A DNA stretch of 64,000 nt from Deltaproteobacteria bacterium (GTDB lineage Bacteria; Myxococcota_A; UBA9160; UBA4427), in the NCBI GenBank assembly GCA_029261855.1, contig JAJDAN010000011.1, positions 140,646 to 204,645 on the forward strand, in the 5' to 3' direction. The notes below the pieces were generated by a model. It ran no database searches and was not told where the DNA came from. It was given only the letters and a program-made list of their open reading frames with translations. Shown here piece after piece: positions 9,730 to 19,040 of this stretch (the first letter of the stretch is position 1; every line of letters begins with the position of its first letter). Position numbers and translations under genes: made by a program.

Positions 9730-10941
9730 ATGCAGATTCGCCTGGCGACCCTGAACGTGTGGGCTCTTCCGGAGCCCATCGGGCGGGACGTACAGGTTCG
9801 AATCGACGCCATCGGAGCGCGTCTCCCGGACCTCGGATTGGATGTCGTCGCCTTCCAGGAAGTGTGGACGCGAGACGCCGCGGCCCGACTGCTTCGAGCC
9901 GGCGAGCGCGCTGGGCTCGTTCACGGCTGGTACGGGGACGGCACCTTCGGCAAGGGCGGACTGCTGGTGCTGTCGCGGCTGCCCATCGAAGAGGTGCACT
10001 TCGAGGCCTACTCGGTCACCGGAGCGGCGGAGAAGGCCGCGAACCTCGAGTACCTGAGCGGCAAGGGCTTCGCGACGGTCCGGCTCGAGACGCCCAGCGG
10101 CCCGCTGGTACTCGTCACCACCCACCTCCACGCGCGCTATTCGAGCAGCGCTCCGCACCGGCACGTCCCTCAGCGTACGGGGCAGGCCGTGCAGCTGGCG
10201 ACGCGCTTCGCGGACAGTCGCGAACCCATCGTCGCGCTCGGCGACTTCAACTTCCGCGAAGGCGAGACCGACTACCGCGTCCTGACGGACATCCTCGGCC
10301 TGCAGGACGTCGCTGCGCTGCTGGACGAGCGCCAGAACACGACGCTGCACACCAGCCCCTACCGCAACCCGACTGGGGTCGATCGGCGCAAGGACTTCAT
10401 CTTCGTGCGAAGCGGCGCCAACCACGCGCTGCTCCCGAAGTCGATCCGGCGCAGCTTCGACGAGATCTTCGAGATCGCCGGCGCACCCGGCTCCTATTCG
10501 AACCACGCGGGCCTGGTGACCGAGATCGAGTTGGTCGAACTGGCATCCGCGGCAGTGAACCACGCCCCGCTCTCCGCCGATGCGGACCCGGGCGTCTTCG
10601 AGGCGGCCGCACGCATGCTCGCCAAGGGCGAGCGCCTGGCCCGGGCGCGCCAGGACGGTGGCCGCGCTGCATCCGGCATCGGGCTCGGCATCGCCGCCAT
10701 CGCCACCCTCGGCGCGATGCCGAAACGAATGAGCCGACGCCGACTGCTGCGCGCCGGCCTTGCGACAGGCGCCCTGGCCGCACTCGCGCCGAGCCTCGGC
10801 TTCTCGATCGCGTCCGAAGTGCTCGTGCCCGACGAGATCCGCGCCTTCCGCGACGCCGCGAGGCAGCTTGCGGCCCTGGCCCCCGACGCCCTGCCCCCCG
10901 AAGCACAGCTGCCCTCGGTGGCGTCCGGCCCGCCGGCCTAG
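9730..10941 (+). CDS. Endonuclease/exonuclease/phosphatase (EEP) family protein, neutral-sphingomyelinase-like, with a C-terminal membrane anchor
   Basis: ATG 9730 with GGAGG 4 nt upstream, in frame within ORF 9664..10941. Motifs LATLNVWALP, VVAFQEVW, GDFNF and YSNHAGL. Two hydrophobic helices lie near the C-terminus. Confidence 0.8.
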   Translation: MQIRLATLNVWALPEPIGRDVQVRIDAIGARLPDLGLDVVAFQEVWTRDAAARLLRAGERAGLVHGWYGDGTFGKGGLLVLSRLPIEEVHFEAYSVTGAAEKAANLEYLSGKGFATVRLETPSGPLVLVTTHLHARYSSSAPHRHVPQRTGQAVQLATRFADSREPIVALGDFNFREGETDYRVLTDILGLQDVAALLDERQNTTLHTSPYRNPTGVDRRKDFIFVRSGANHALLPKSIRRSFDEIFEIAGAPGSYSNHAGLVTEIELVELASAAVNHAPLSADADPGVFEAAARMLAKGERLARARQDGGRAASGIGLGIAAIATLGAMPKRMSRRRLLRAGLATGALAALAPSLGFSIASEVLVPDEIRAFRDAARQLAALAPDALPPEAQLPSVASGPPA

Positions 10942-11023
10942 CCCTGATCCGTCATGCGGTTCAGCGGAAGCCCAGCGCGCGCTGTACCACGACAAGGACG
11001 GATTGGGGCTAGCGGCCGTCCGG

Positions 11024-12370
11024 TCAGCTCGCCGCGAACAGCGCCATGATCGACTTCCAGGTCGACGGGATCGAGTTCCACAGCACGAAGACCAAGACCG
11101 CGGGCACCGCGTAGCGCAGCAGTCCGATCCACAGGCGCAACGCCCCCTGGCTTCCACCCGCCCTCGCCTCGCCCACCGGGTCGTCCATCACCCAGCCGAC
11201 GAAGATCGACAGACCGAGTCCGCCGCCGACCAGGAACAGGTTGTTGGCGACGGCGTCCATCACGCCGAGCACATCCGTCGACCAGGCCGCACCGGCGCCG
11301 AGCAGGGTGATGAGACTCCCGGCCACCATGGCGGCGCGGGCGCGCGGCCAGCCGAGTCCATCCATCGCCGCGCTGACCACCACCTCGAGGAGCGAGATCG
11401 CTGAGGTCAGGGCGCCGACGAGAAGCGCCACGAAGAACAGGAAGCCCACGATGCGCCCGGCAGCACCCATGCTCACGAACGCCTTGGGCAACGCGACGAA
11501 GAGTGCGCCCACCGTGCTGCCGCCGACGTCACTCTGGAGCCCGAAGGCGAAGATCAACGGGAACACCATCAGCCCGGCGAGGAAGGCGACCCCGAAGTCC
11601 GCCGTCGCAATGATCGCGGATTCCACGGGCAGGTCGTTGTCGCGGCCGAGGTAGCTCGCGTAGGTGAGCATCGCGCCCATGCCGAGGCTGAGGGAGAAGA
11701 ACGCCTGGCCTGCCGCGTCCACGAAGATGGGTATCGAGAGCGCGTTCTCGAGTCGAGCGTTCAGGTAGTAGGTGTAGCCGGCGCCGGACCCGTCGAGCGT
11801 GGCGGCGTAGACCGCGATCCCGATCACGAGCGCGAAGAGCGCCGGCATCGCCAGCATCGAGACACGCTCGATCCCGCTGCTGACGCCACCGAGCACGATG
11901 CCGATGGTGACGGCCATGAAGACCACGTGGAAGCCGAACGCCGGCGCGCCTGCGGCGATCTCGCCGAAGTGTCCCGCGGTGTCCGGCGCGAAGCCCATCA
12001 GCGCCTCGCCGGCGTAGCGCAAGGTCCAGCCGGCGATGACGCCGTAGTAGGCCAGGATCAGGAAGCCGGCGCTCACGAAGACGACGCCCAGCAGCTTCCA
12101 GGCCGGGCTGCCCCCGGCCGCGTGGGCGAAGTGTGCGAGCGCCTGGATGGGGCTCTTCCCCGACCCGCGCCCGATCGTGAGTTCGGCCAGCAGCACCGGT
12201 AGACCGACGACCAGCGTGAAGGCGATGTACAGCACGACGAATGCGGCTCCACCGCCCTCTGCCGTGAGGTACGAGAAACGCCACATGTTTCCCAGGCCGA
12301 CGGCCGAGCCGACGGCGGCCAGGATGAACCCGGCCTTGCTGTTCCACTGCTCGCGGGACCCGGCGGCCAT
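11024..12370 (-). CDS. Sodium-dependent transporter, neurotransmitter:sodium symporter (NSS/SNF) family
   Basis: ORF 11024..12370. N-terminus REQWNSKAGFILAAVGSAVGLGNMWRFSYL. About 12 TM segments. Confidence 0.9.
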   Translation of the reverse strand: MAAGSREQWNSKAGFILAAVGSAVGLGNMWRFSYLTAEGGGAAFVVLYIAFTLVVGLPVLLAELTIGRGSGKSPIQALAHFAHAAGGSPAWKLLGVVFVSAGFLILAYYGVIAGWTLRYAGEALMGFAPDTAGHFGEIAAGAPAFGFHVVFMAVTIGIVLGGVSSGIERVSMLAMPALFALVIGIAVYAATLDGSGAGYTYYLNARLENALSIPIFVDAAGQAFFSLSLGMGAMLTYASYLGRDNDLPVESAIIATADFGVAFLAGLMVFPLIFAFGLQSDVGGSTVGALFVALPKAFVSMGAAGRIVGFLFFVALLVGALTSAISLLEVVVSAAMDGLGWPRARAAMVAGSLITLLGAGAAWSTDVLGVMDAVANNLFLVGGGLGLSIFVGWVMDDPVGEARAGGSQGALRLWIGLLRYAVPAVLVFVLWNSIPSTWKSIMALFAAS

Positions 12371-12437
12371 TCCTCTCTCCCCCCGAAGAGAACTCCGGGC
12401 GGAGCTTAGCCGGTCGTGCGGTGCGGCCTACCCCGGT

Positions 12438-13619
12438 CTAGGACCGAAAGTCGCTCTTCAGGGGCCCCACTTCCGCGGCGATCCTGCCGAGCTTCGAGGC
12501 GTCGAAGCCGTAGAAGTCCGCGAGGTTTCCGCCGAGCATCCGCGTGATCTCGTCCTCGGGCAGGTCCATGAAGGTCTCCCGCATCTGCGGGGCGGTGTTC
12601 GGCCAGGTGCCCTCGGGATGCGGGTAGTCGCTGCCCCAGGCCAGGTTCTCGATGCCGATCTCGTACCGCATCTCCGCTTCGCGCCGCGGCATGCAGGATG
12701 CGCCCACCAGAACGTTCCGCGAGAAGTACTCCGACGGCTTCATCGAGAGGTGGCCGGTGTAGTCGCCGAGCTTCGCGCTGTAGGGCGTGTCCGCGTAGCG
12801 GAAGTCGAGCAACTGCAGGTATTCGGGCACCCACACCGACGTCCCCTCGGTGACCATCAGGCGCAACTTCGGATAGCGCTCGAAGACGCCGCCCCACAGC
12901 ATGAAGGTGAGGGGTCGATAGGCAAACCAGCACACCTCGCTGATGTAGATGCCCATCATGCCCTGCCCCTCGCCATAGTCTTCCATGGGCGCGGCGCCGG
13001 AATGCAGGTTCACGACCATGCCAAGATCCTGGCAGGCCGCCCACACGGGGTCGTACTTGGGGTGATGGTAGGCGTCGAGCTTGCCCCAGCGCGTGGGGAT
13101 CAGGATGCCGCGCAGTCCGTTTTCCTTGGCCCACTCCACTTCCTTCACGGCCTCGTCGACGTCCCACAACATCGGGCACAGCGCGACACCGGCGCGGCGA
13201 TCCGGGGCCATCTGACAGAATTCGGCGAGCCAGCGGTTGTGGGCACGCGCGCCTGCCCACTGCAGCTCGGGAACGATCGGGTCTTCCGTCGGCAACGAGA
13301 GCCCCGCGCCGAAGGGCGGCATGTTCATCTCGGTGATGCCGTCCGGGTAGATGACCTCGCCGGCGATGCCGTCACCGTCCAGCACCTTGATGCGCTGGTC
13401 GTGATCCCAGGCACCCGAAAGCAGGCTCTCGCGACCCTTGCGCCACTCCGCATTGATGTCGGCGACCAGGAACTTCTTCGCGGCCTTCTGAGTTTCCTCG
13501 ATCTGGATCGGCAATGCGATGTCGAAGGCGTCCCGATACTTCGGGTCGAGATAGTCGCGGTACTGCTCGGGCGGAAGTCCGGCATGACAATCGGAGGAGA
13601 TCACGAGGTATCGGTCCAT
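12438..13619 (-). CDS. Amidohydrolase-2 (ACMSD-like) family metal-dependent hydrolase/decarboxylase
   Basis: ORF 12438..13619. Motifs VISSDCHAG, NLHSGA and LAWGSDYPHPEG. Confidence 0.85.
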   Translation of the reverse strand: MDRYLVISSDCHAGLPPEQYRDYLDPKYRDAFDIALPIQIEETQKAAKKFLVADINAEWRKGRESLLSGAWDHDQRIKVLDGDGIAGEVIYPDGITEMNMPPFGAGLSLPTEDPIVPELQWAGARAHNRWLAEFCQMAPDRRAGVALCPMLWDVDEAVKEVEWAKENGLRGILIPTRWGKLDAYHHPKYDPVWAACQDLGMVVNLHSGAAPMEDYGEGQGMMGIYISEVCWFAYRPLTFMLWGGVFERYPKLRLMVTEGTSVWVPEYLQLLDFRYADTPYSAKLGDYTGHLSMKPSEYFSRNVLVGASCMPRREAEMRYEIGIENLAWGSDYPHPEGTWPNTAPQMRETFMDLPEDEITRMLGGNLADFYGFDASKLGRIAAEVGPLKSDFRS

Positions 13620-13622
13620 GAT

Positions 13623-14669
13623 TCAGGCTTCCTCTTTCGGCACTTGGTTCGGAAACGCGTTCGGCGCTGCGCTCGGAAATGCGTTCGGCGCTGCGCTCGG
13701 AAATGGGCCATCGACGACGCCGGGCAGCTGGCTCGGCGAATAGAACTGCTTCACCCACTTTCGGAACTCGACCAGATAGGTGTCGGCCTCACAGAAGACC
13801 GGGTCCTTGCGGTGGATCTTGTTCGACCAGATCCGACGGTCGTCTTCGACGCCGCCGGTGATGTTGGCGATCCACTCTTCGCCCGCCTCGTCGATGGCGT
13901 TGTTGGTCCCGACGAGGGCCCAGCGGGAACGCGTGTTGTGGCGGTCGATCGGAGTCGTCGACGAGAACATGTAGAGCCCGACCCCCGGGATGCCGCGGCT
14001 TTCCACGGTCGCGTGACCGATGCAGCCGGCCTCGCGCAACAGCTGCATGTCGAAGGTCCCGAAGGGCGTCTCCTGCTGGCTGTGGCTGACCGCCTTGAGC
14101 AGGCGACCGTCTTCTTCGAAGCTGATCTCCTGGTCCGGGATGTCGTTCATCGAGTGGACGTAGCGGAAGTGGACCGGGTCCATGTTGTTCTCGGCCATGT
14201 CCTGCACGTGCACGGGCACGTCGATCTCGAAGCTGCGGACCGCCGACCAGTCGGGGTCGTCGAAGTGCGGGGAAGGCTCGATGTGCCAGCTCGGCGGCTT
14301 CTGCTCGGCGTGGTGCCACACCATGACCATGTGGTTCACCTCGTCCACCGGCCAGGCGCGCTGGCGCGCCTTCTGCGGAATGCGGGCGCAATAGGGGATG
14401 GAGACGCATTCGCCCGTCTCGCCGTCGTACTCCCAGGCATGGAAGGGGCAGCGGATGCTCTCGCCTGAAATGCGCCCGCCCTCTGCGAGGTGCGCGCCCA
14501 GGTGCGAGCAGTACGCCGAGAGAACGCGCGCCTTGCCGGATCGCGTGCGGAAGAGCACCAGTTCTTCGCCGAACGCCTTTACGCGCTTCACCTCGCCGAT
14601 CGCGAGCTCCCGCGTCCACGCGACGGCATACCAGCCGTTCGGGAACCCGGGTCGCAGGTCCTGGTCCAT
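13623..14669 (-). CDS. Rieske [2Fe-2S] non-haem-iron oxygenase, KshA-like
   Basis: ORF 13623..14669. Rieske motif CSHLGAHL...CPFHAWEYD. Catalytic region NNMDPVHFRYVH. C-terminal duplicated PSAAPNAF. Confidence 0.85.
   Translation of the reverse strand: MDQDLRPGFPNGWYAVAWTRELAIGEVKRVKAFGEELVLFRTRSGKARVLSAYCSHLGAHLAEGGRISGESIRCPFHAWEYDGETGECVSIPYCARIPQKARQRAWPVDEVNHMVMVWHHAEQKPPSWHIEPSPHFDDPDWSAVRSFEIDVPVHVQDMAENNMDPVHFRYVHSMNDIPDQEISFEEDGRLLKAVSHSQQETPFGTFDMQLLREAGCIGHATVESRGIPGVGLYMFSSTTPIDRHNTRSRWALVGTNNAIDEAGEEWIANITGGVEDDRRIWSNKIHRKDPVFCEADTYLVEFRKWVKQFYSPSQLPGVVDGPFPSAAPNAFPSAAPNAFPNQVPKEEA
13651..13698. repeat. 24-bp tandem duplication (x2, third copy partial) inside the 3' end of the Rieske oxygenase gene
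   Basis: ggaaaYgcgttcggcgctgcgctc is repeated back to back. It encodes PSAAPNAF twice. Confidence 0.9.
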
Positions 14670-14673
14670 CGTG

Positions 14674-15360
14674 TCAGTCCTTTGCCGGCTCGACGCAGAG
14701 CGCGTCGATCAGGAAGCGGGCCGCCTCGAGCGCGCGCTCGTGCAGCGGGTAGTCATCGAGGTTGGCGCGATTGAACATCAGCACGTAGTAGGCGCCGAGG
14801 ATCATCTCCGTGAGGGTTTCCGGGCTGTGCCGCCGGCTGAGGTCGCCGGCTGCGAGGCCATCTCGAACGATGGCCCCGAAGGCCTCGTGGAGGCGCCGCG
14901 CCTGTTCGGGCTCGTCACCGGCCTCGTGTCCGATGTGCACGATTTCGGACAACAGCTCGCGCCCCATCGGCCCAGCCTCGTCGGCATGCTCGGCGACCCG
15001 GCCGAAGAAGCGCCGGATGCGCTCGGCGGACGTCGCCCCCTGCTTGCGGGCGTCCTCGATCTGCTCGAGTAGCTGGTCCACTCCGTAGCGCGCGATCTCG
15101 CGCAACAGCTCGCGCTTCGACTGGAAGTGGTTGAAGAAGGTCTTCTCCGCCACGTCCGCCACGCCACAGATCTCGACGACGGTGGTCTGATCGATGCCCT
15201 GCTGCTGGAACAGCGACACGCTGGCCTCGAGGACGCGATTGCGGACCTCGAGCTTCCGCCGCTCGCGACGGCTGAGATCTCCATTCACCCTGTCGCCCTT
15301 CAAATCGCTGGAGTCGAGGTCGGCGGCCATGGCCGGCATCATTGCATAGATACAGTCCAC
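14674..15360 (-). CDS. TetR/AcrR family transcriptional regulator
   Basis: ORF 14674..15360. HTH region TTVVEICGVADVAEKTFFNHFQSKRELL. Start uncertain: GTG 15360, or ATG 15342, 15339 or 15330. Confidence 0.85.
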   Translation of the reverse strand: MDCIYAMMPAMAADLDSSDLKGDRVNGDLSRRERRKLEVRNRVLEASVSLFQQQGIDQTTVVEICGVADVAEKTFFNHFQSKRELLREIARYGVDQLLEQIEDARKQGATSAERIRRFFGRVAEHADEAGPMGRELLSEIVHIGHEAGDEPEQARRLHEAFGAIVRDGLAAGDLSRRHSPETLTEMILGAYYVLMFNRANLDDYPLHERALEAARFLIDALCVEPAKD

Positions 15361-15373
15361 TGCAACGTTACAG
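15360..15373. promoter_or_regulatory. Imperfect palindrome, possible TetR operator, in the divergent promoter region
   Basis: ctgcaacgttacag matches its reverse complement at 12/14 positions, centred on aacgtt. The AT-richest stretch of the window follows it (ctattttcgtcttagtttcgctttttt). Confidence 0.25.
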
Positions 15374-15439
15374 CGACCTACCGGTCTTGCGGCTCGTCTA
15401 TTTTCGTCTTAGTTTCGCTTTTTTGAGGATGAACCCCCG

Positions 15440-16567
15440 GTGACCAGCTCCCCCAGCCTCCCCCAGACGCCCGTCCTCAAGGGCCGCGGCGCCGCCGAGA
15501 ACCCGGCCAACCGATTCGAACGACTTTCCTATGTCGAAGAGGGGGTCGAAGAGGGGGTCGAAGAGAAGGTCGAAGAGCCCGGAGACGATGCAGACGCGGG
15601 GGTGCCGCCCGCCCCGCTGACCCCGACCGTGTACTTGCGCGACCCCACCCGCACGGCGCTCGCGACGAACAACAGCCCCGACATCCAGTTCGACACCAGC
15701 TTGAATCCGTATCGGGGGTGCGAGCACGGCTGCGCCTATTGCTATGCGCGTCCCACGCACGAATTCCTGGGCTTCTCGTCCGGGCTCGACTTCGAGACGC
15801 GCATCCTCGTGAAGGAGGACGCCCCCGAGCTGCTGCGACGCGAGCTGTCGTCGAAACGCTGGAAGCCCCAGGTCGTCGGCATGAGCGGCGTGACGGACCC
15901 CTACCAGCCGATCGAGCGCCGGTTGGGCATCACGCGCCGCTGTCTCCGGGTCTTTGCCGACTTCCGCAATCCGGTTCAGATCATCACGAAGAACGCCCTC
16001 GTCGTTCGCGACATCGACCTGCTGTCCGAGCTCGCCGGCCACGATGCGGTTTCGGTCGCCGTGTCCATCACGACCCTCGACCCGGGCCTTCATCGCAGCA
16101 TGGAGCCGCGGGCCTCCCATCCGGAACAGCGTCTGCGGGCGATCGCAGCCCTCGCCGAGGCGGGCGTCCCGGTGGGCGTCATGGCGGCACCCATCATCCC
16201 CGGTCTCACGGACCACGAGCTGCCCGAGATCCTCGCTCGCGCACGGGCAGCCGGCGCAGGCTTCGCGGGCCACATCGTGCTGCGACTACCGGGCAATGTG
16301 AAGGAACTGTTCTCGGCCTGGTTGGATCGGCATCACCCGGACCGAAAGCAGAAGGTCCTGAACCGACTGCGTGCGCTGCGCGGTGGAAAGCTGGACGACC
16401 CGCGCTTCGGCACGCGCATGAAGGGCAGCGGCGTCTACGCGGACCAGATCCACGGCCTGTTCGATCTGGCCTACCGCAGGGCGGGTTTTTGTCCCGCCGC
16501 AAGCGCCCCGAGCCTCTCGACTGCCGCCTTCCGAACGCCGGGAGACGCCCAGCTTCAGCTGTTCTAG
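15440..16567 (+). CDS. Radical SAM protein (PA0069 / DNA-photolyase-like family)
   Basis: ORF 15440..16567 (GTG start). CxxxCxxC cluster CEHGCAYCY. Also SGVTDPYQP. The N-terminal region has an in-frame VEEG repeat. Confidence 0.85.
   Translation: MTSSPSLPQTPVLKGRGAAENPANRFERLSYVEEGVEEGVEEKVEEPGDDADAGVPPAPLTPTVYLRDPTRTALATNNSPDIQFDTSLNPYRGCEHGCAYCYARPTHEFLGFSSGLDFETRILVKEDAPELLRRELSSKRWKPQVVGMSGVTDPYQPIERRLGITRRCLRVFADFRNPVQIITKNALVVRDIDLLSELAGHDAVSVAVSITTLDPGLHRSMEPRASHPEQRLRAIAALAEAGVPVGVMAAPIIPGLTDHELPEILARARAAGAGFAGHIVLRLPGNVKELFSAWLDRHHPDRKQKVLNRLRALRGGKLDDPRFGTRMKGSGVYADQIHGLFDLAYRRAGFCPAASAPSLSTAAFRTPGDAQLQLF
15533..15577. repeat. 12-bp in-frame tandem repeat (x3.75) in the radical SAM gene
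   Basis: gtcgaagagggg gtcgaagagggg gtcgaagagaag gtcgaagag encodes VEEG VEEG VEEK VEE. Confidence 0.9.
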
Positions 16568-16585
16568 GCGTCTCGAGGCGTCGGT

Positions 16586-18805
16586 TCAGCGCCGGTTCAG
16601 CGCCGTGCGGACCTTCTCGGCGAGGATGGCCTGGGTGAAGGGCTTCTCGACCAACTCGGCGCCGGGCGCGAGACGCCGCGTCGGCCCGAGGGCGTTCTCG
16701 GTGTAGCCCGACGTGAACAGCACCGGCAGACCCGGGCGCTTGCTCTGTACGCGCCTCGCCAGCTGCGCCCCGCTGGTGCCACCGGGCAGGACGACGTCGG
16801 TGAAGACCAGCGCGAGGTTCGGCACGCGTTCGACCAGCGCGACGGCGGCGTCGCCGTCCGCCGCCTCGATGGTCTTGTAGCCGATGCGTTCGAGCAACGT
16901 GACGGTGAGACTGCGAACGTCTTCGTCGTCCTCCACCACCAGGATCAGCTCGCCGCTTCCCCGCGGCCCTTCGGCCGTGTCGGCACCCATCTCCGCCCCC
17001 GCGCGACCGGGTGCGCTGTCTCGCGCGCGTTCGACGCGCCGCTCCCGCTCGACGCGCGGCAGATACAGGCGCACACAGCTTCCGCGATCGGGCTCGCTCT
17101 CGATTTCAACGCTACCTCCCGACTGCCGGACGAAGCCGTAGACCATGCTGAGCCCGAGCCCGCTCCCGTGCCCCAGTCCCTTGGTGGTAAAGAAGGGCTC
17201 GAAGGCGTGCTCGAGCACGTTTGGGTCCATTCCCGCGCCGCTGTCGGTGATGGACAGCACGACATAGGGGCCGGGCTCGAGCCCGTCGTGATGACGCGCG
17301 AACTCCTCGCCCACCTCTCGATTCGCGGTCTCGATGACCAGGCGGCCCCCACCGGGCATGGCGTCCCGCGCGTTGATCGCGAGGTTGAGGATGACGTTCT
17401 CGAGCTGCGCCGGATCGACCTCGCACTCCCAGAGGTCCTCCGCGAGGCGCGATTCGACCTCGACAGTCTCGCCGAGAGTCCGGTTCAGCAGGTCGTCCAT
17501 ACCGGCGACCAGCTCGCCAAGGTCGAGGACCCGGGGCTGCAGCGCCTGCTTGCGCGCGAAGGCCAGCAATCGATGGGTGAGCGCGGCACCCCGGTGGGCC
17601 GCGGCGCGGGCGTTCTCGACGAAGCGAAGGGACGCGTCTCCCGGCGCCAGGCCACTCGCCACCAGCTGCAGGTTGCCGAGAACGACAGTCAGCAGGTTGT
17701 TGAAGTCGTGGGCGACACCCCCGGTCAGCTGCCCGACTGCTTCCAGCTTCTGGGCCTGGAGCAACTGCTCTTCGAGGTCGAGGCGCTCGCTCATGTCGCT
17801 CGAGACCACGATCACCCGGTCGACGCTTCCGTCCTCGACCACGGGCCCCACGCGACTCGAGTACCAGACGCGGCCTCGGTTCTCGATCTCGACCTGAACG
17901 TCGTACGACACGGGCTCGCCGTCGCGAAAGACCCGATCGATGGCATCGCTCACCCGTTCGGCGTGATCGGGCGCGACCAGGTCCTCGGCGCGAATGCCTG
18001 TGGGGTTCGGCGTCAGCCGCCGCCCCCCGCGCAGCTGGTGGTTGGCGAAGGTGACCCGGTGATCGCGGTCCACGATGGCGATGCTGTCCGGCGCATGCTC
18101 GACCAGCGAGTGGAACTGGGCCTCGAGTGAGGTCTTCTCGAACTCGGCCCGGTTGCGCTCGCTGCGCGCAGACGTAGCCGCGGCGAGCGCCTCACGCGTC
18201 TCCTTCAAGCTGGCGGTGAGACGGTCGACCACCAGATAGACGCCGAAGGCGAGCATGCCGCTGAAGGCCGCGTAGGCCATGGCCACCCGGAGGGCCACAC
18301 TCAGGTTGTGCGGATCCACGCGAGCCGGGTCGAATGTCGACTCGATGAGGCCCTGGTCGAGCGCGAGAGACCCGACGATCAGGATCGCCGTGGACGCCGC
18401 CCAGGTCGCGGCCGCCCAGCGGCGTCCCAGCAGCAGACCGGCCAGCCCGACGGCCAGCAGCGCCAACAGGATCGTCCCGACCACGTAGCCGTATCCGATA
18501 ACGCCCAGGAATTCGAGCGACAGCAGGCACACGAGGAAGGTCAAGACCCGCAGTTGATAGTTCGCGCCGCGCCAGGCAGCCGTCGCCAGCATCGCGAGCG
18601 GCGCGAACAGGACGAGTCCATCGCGCACGGGGTGCGCGTCCAGGCTCAGCTCGCGCGCTCCAAAGAGCAGCATCAGGCCGAGGATCACCGCGGCGGAAGC
18701 GCTCAGGCGATCGAAAATGCGGGCGCGCCACGGCTCGGAACGAAGATCGTCCACGACTCCGCCTGCTGCGCGATCGTTCTCGGGTCGGTTTCCGGAATCG
18801 GTCAC
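16586..18805 (-). CDS. Hybrid sensor histidine kinase / response regulator (multi-TM, PAS, HisKA, HATPase, REC)
   Basis: ORF 16586..19057, with a likely GTG start at 18805. H-box VAHDFNNLLTVV. ATPase blocks NLAINARDAM and GSGLGLSMV. C-terminal receiver LVVEDDEDV...FTDVVLPGG. Confidence 0.85.
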   Translation of the reverse strand: MTDSGNRPENDRAAGGVVDDLRSEPWRARIFDRLSASAAVILGLMLLFGARELSLDAHPVRDGLVLFAPLAMLATAAWRGANYQLRVLTFLVCLLSLEFLGVIGYGYVVGTILLALLAVGLAGLLLGRRWAAATWAASTAILIVGSLALDQGLIESTFDPARVDPHNLSVALRVAMAYAAFSGMLAFGVYLVVDRLTASLKETREALAAATSARSERNRAEFEKTSLEAQFHSLVEHAPDSIAIVDRDHRVTFANHQLRGGRRLTPNPTGIRAEDLVAPDHAERVSDAIDRVFRDGEPVSYDVQVEIENRGRVWYSSRVGPVVEDGSVDRVIVVSSDMSERLDLEEQLLQAQKLEAVGQLTGGVAHDFNNLLTVVLGNLQLVASGLAPGDASLRFVENARAAAHRGAALTHRLLAFARKQALQPRVLDLGELVAGMDDLLNRTLGETVEVESRLAEDLWECEVDPAQLENVILNLAINARDAMPGGGRLVIETANREVGEEFARHHDGLEPGPYVVLSITDSGAGMDPNVLEHAFEPFFTTKGLGHGSGLGLSMVYGFVRQSGGSVEIESEPDRGSCVRLYLPRVERERRVERARDSAPGRAGAEMGADTAEGPRGSGELILVVEDDEDVRSLTVTLLERIGYKTIEAADGDAAVALVERVPNLALVFTDVVLPGGTSGAQLARRVQSKRPGLPVLFTSGYTENALGPTRRLAPGAELVEKPFTQAILAEKVRTALNRR

Positions 18806-19040
18806 GGAACCTTCGACTTCCTCCAGCTCGACTCTCCCCGCTCGACTCTCCCGCTCGACTCCCCAGCGACTGCCCTCCGAGCCGCTTCCGCATGGAAGCG
18901 CGCTTCGCGTGGGACCACAAACGCCGGACCGGGGCGACGCCCCAGGGGCTCCGTCGGCTAGGAGCGTGACCCAAGGCGTAGCCCTGGGACGCGACGACGC
19001 AAACGGAGCCCACCGGGCTCCGTCGGCTAGGCTTCCCGCC

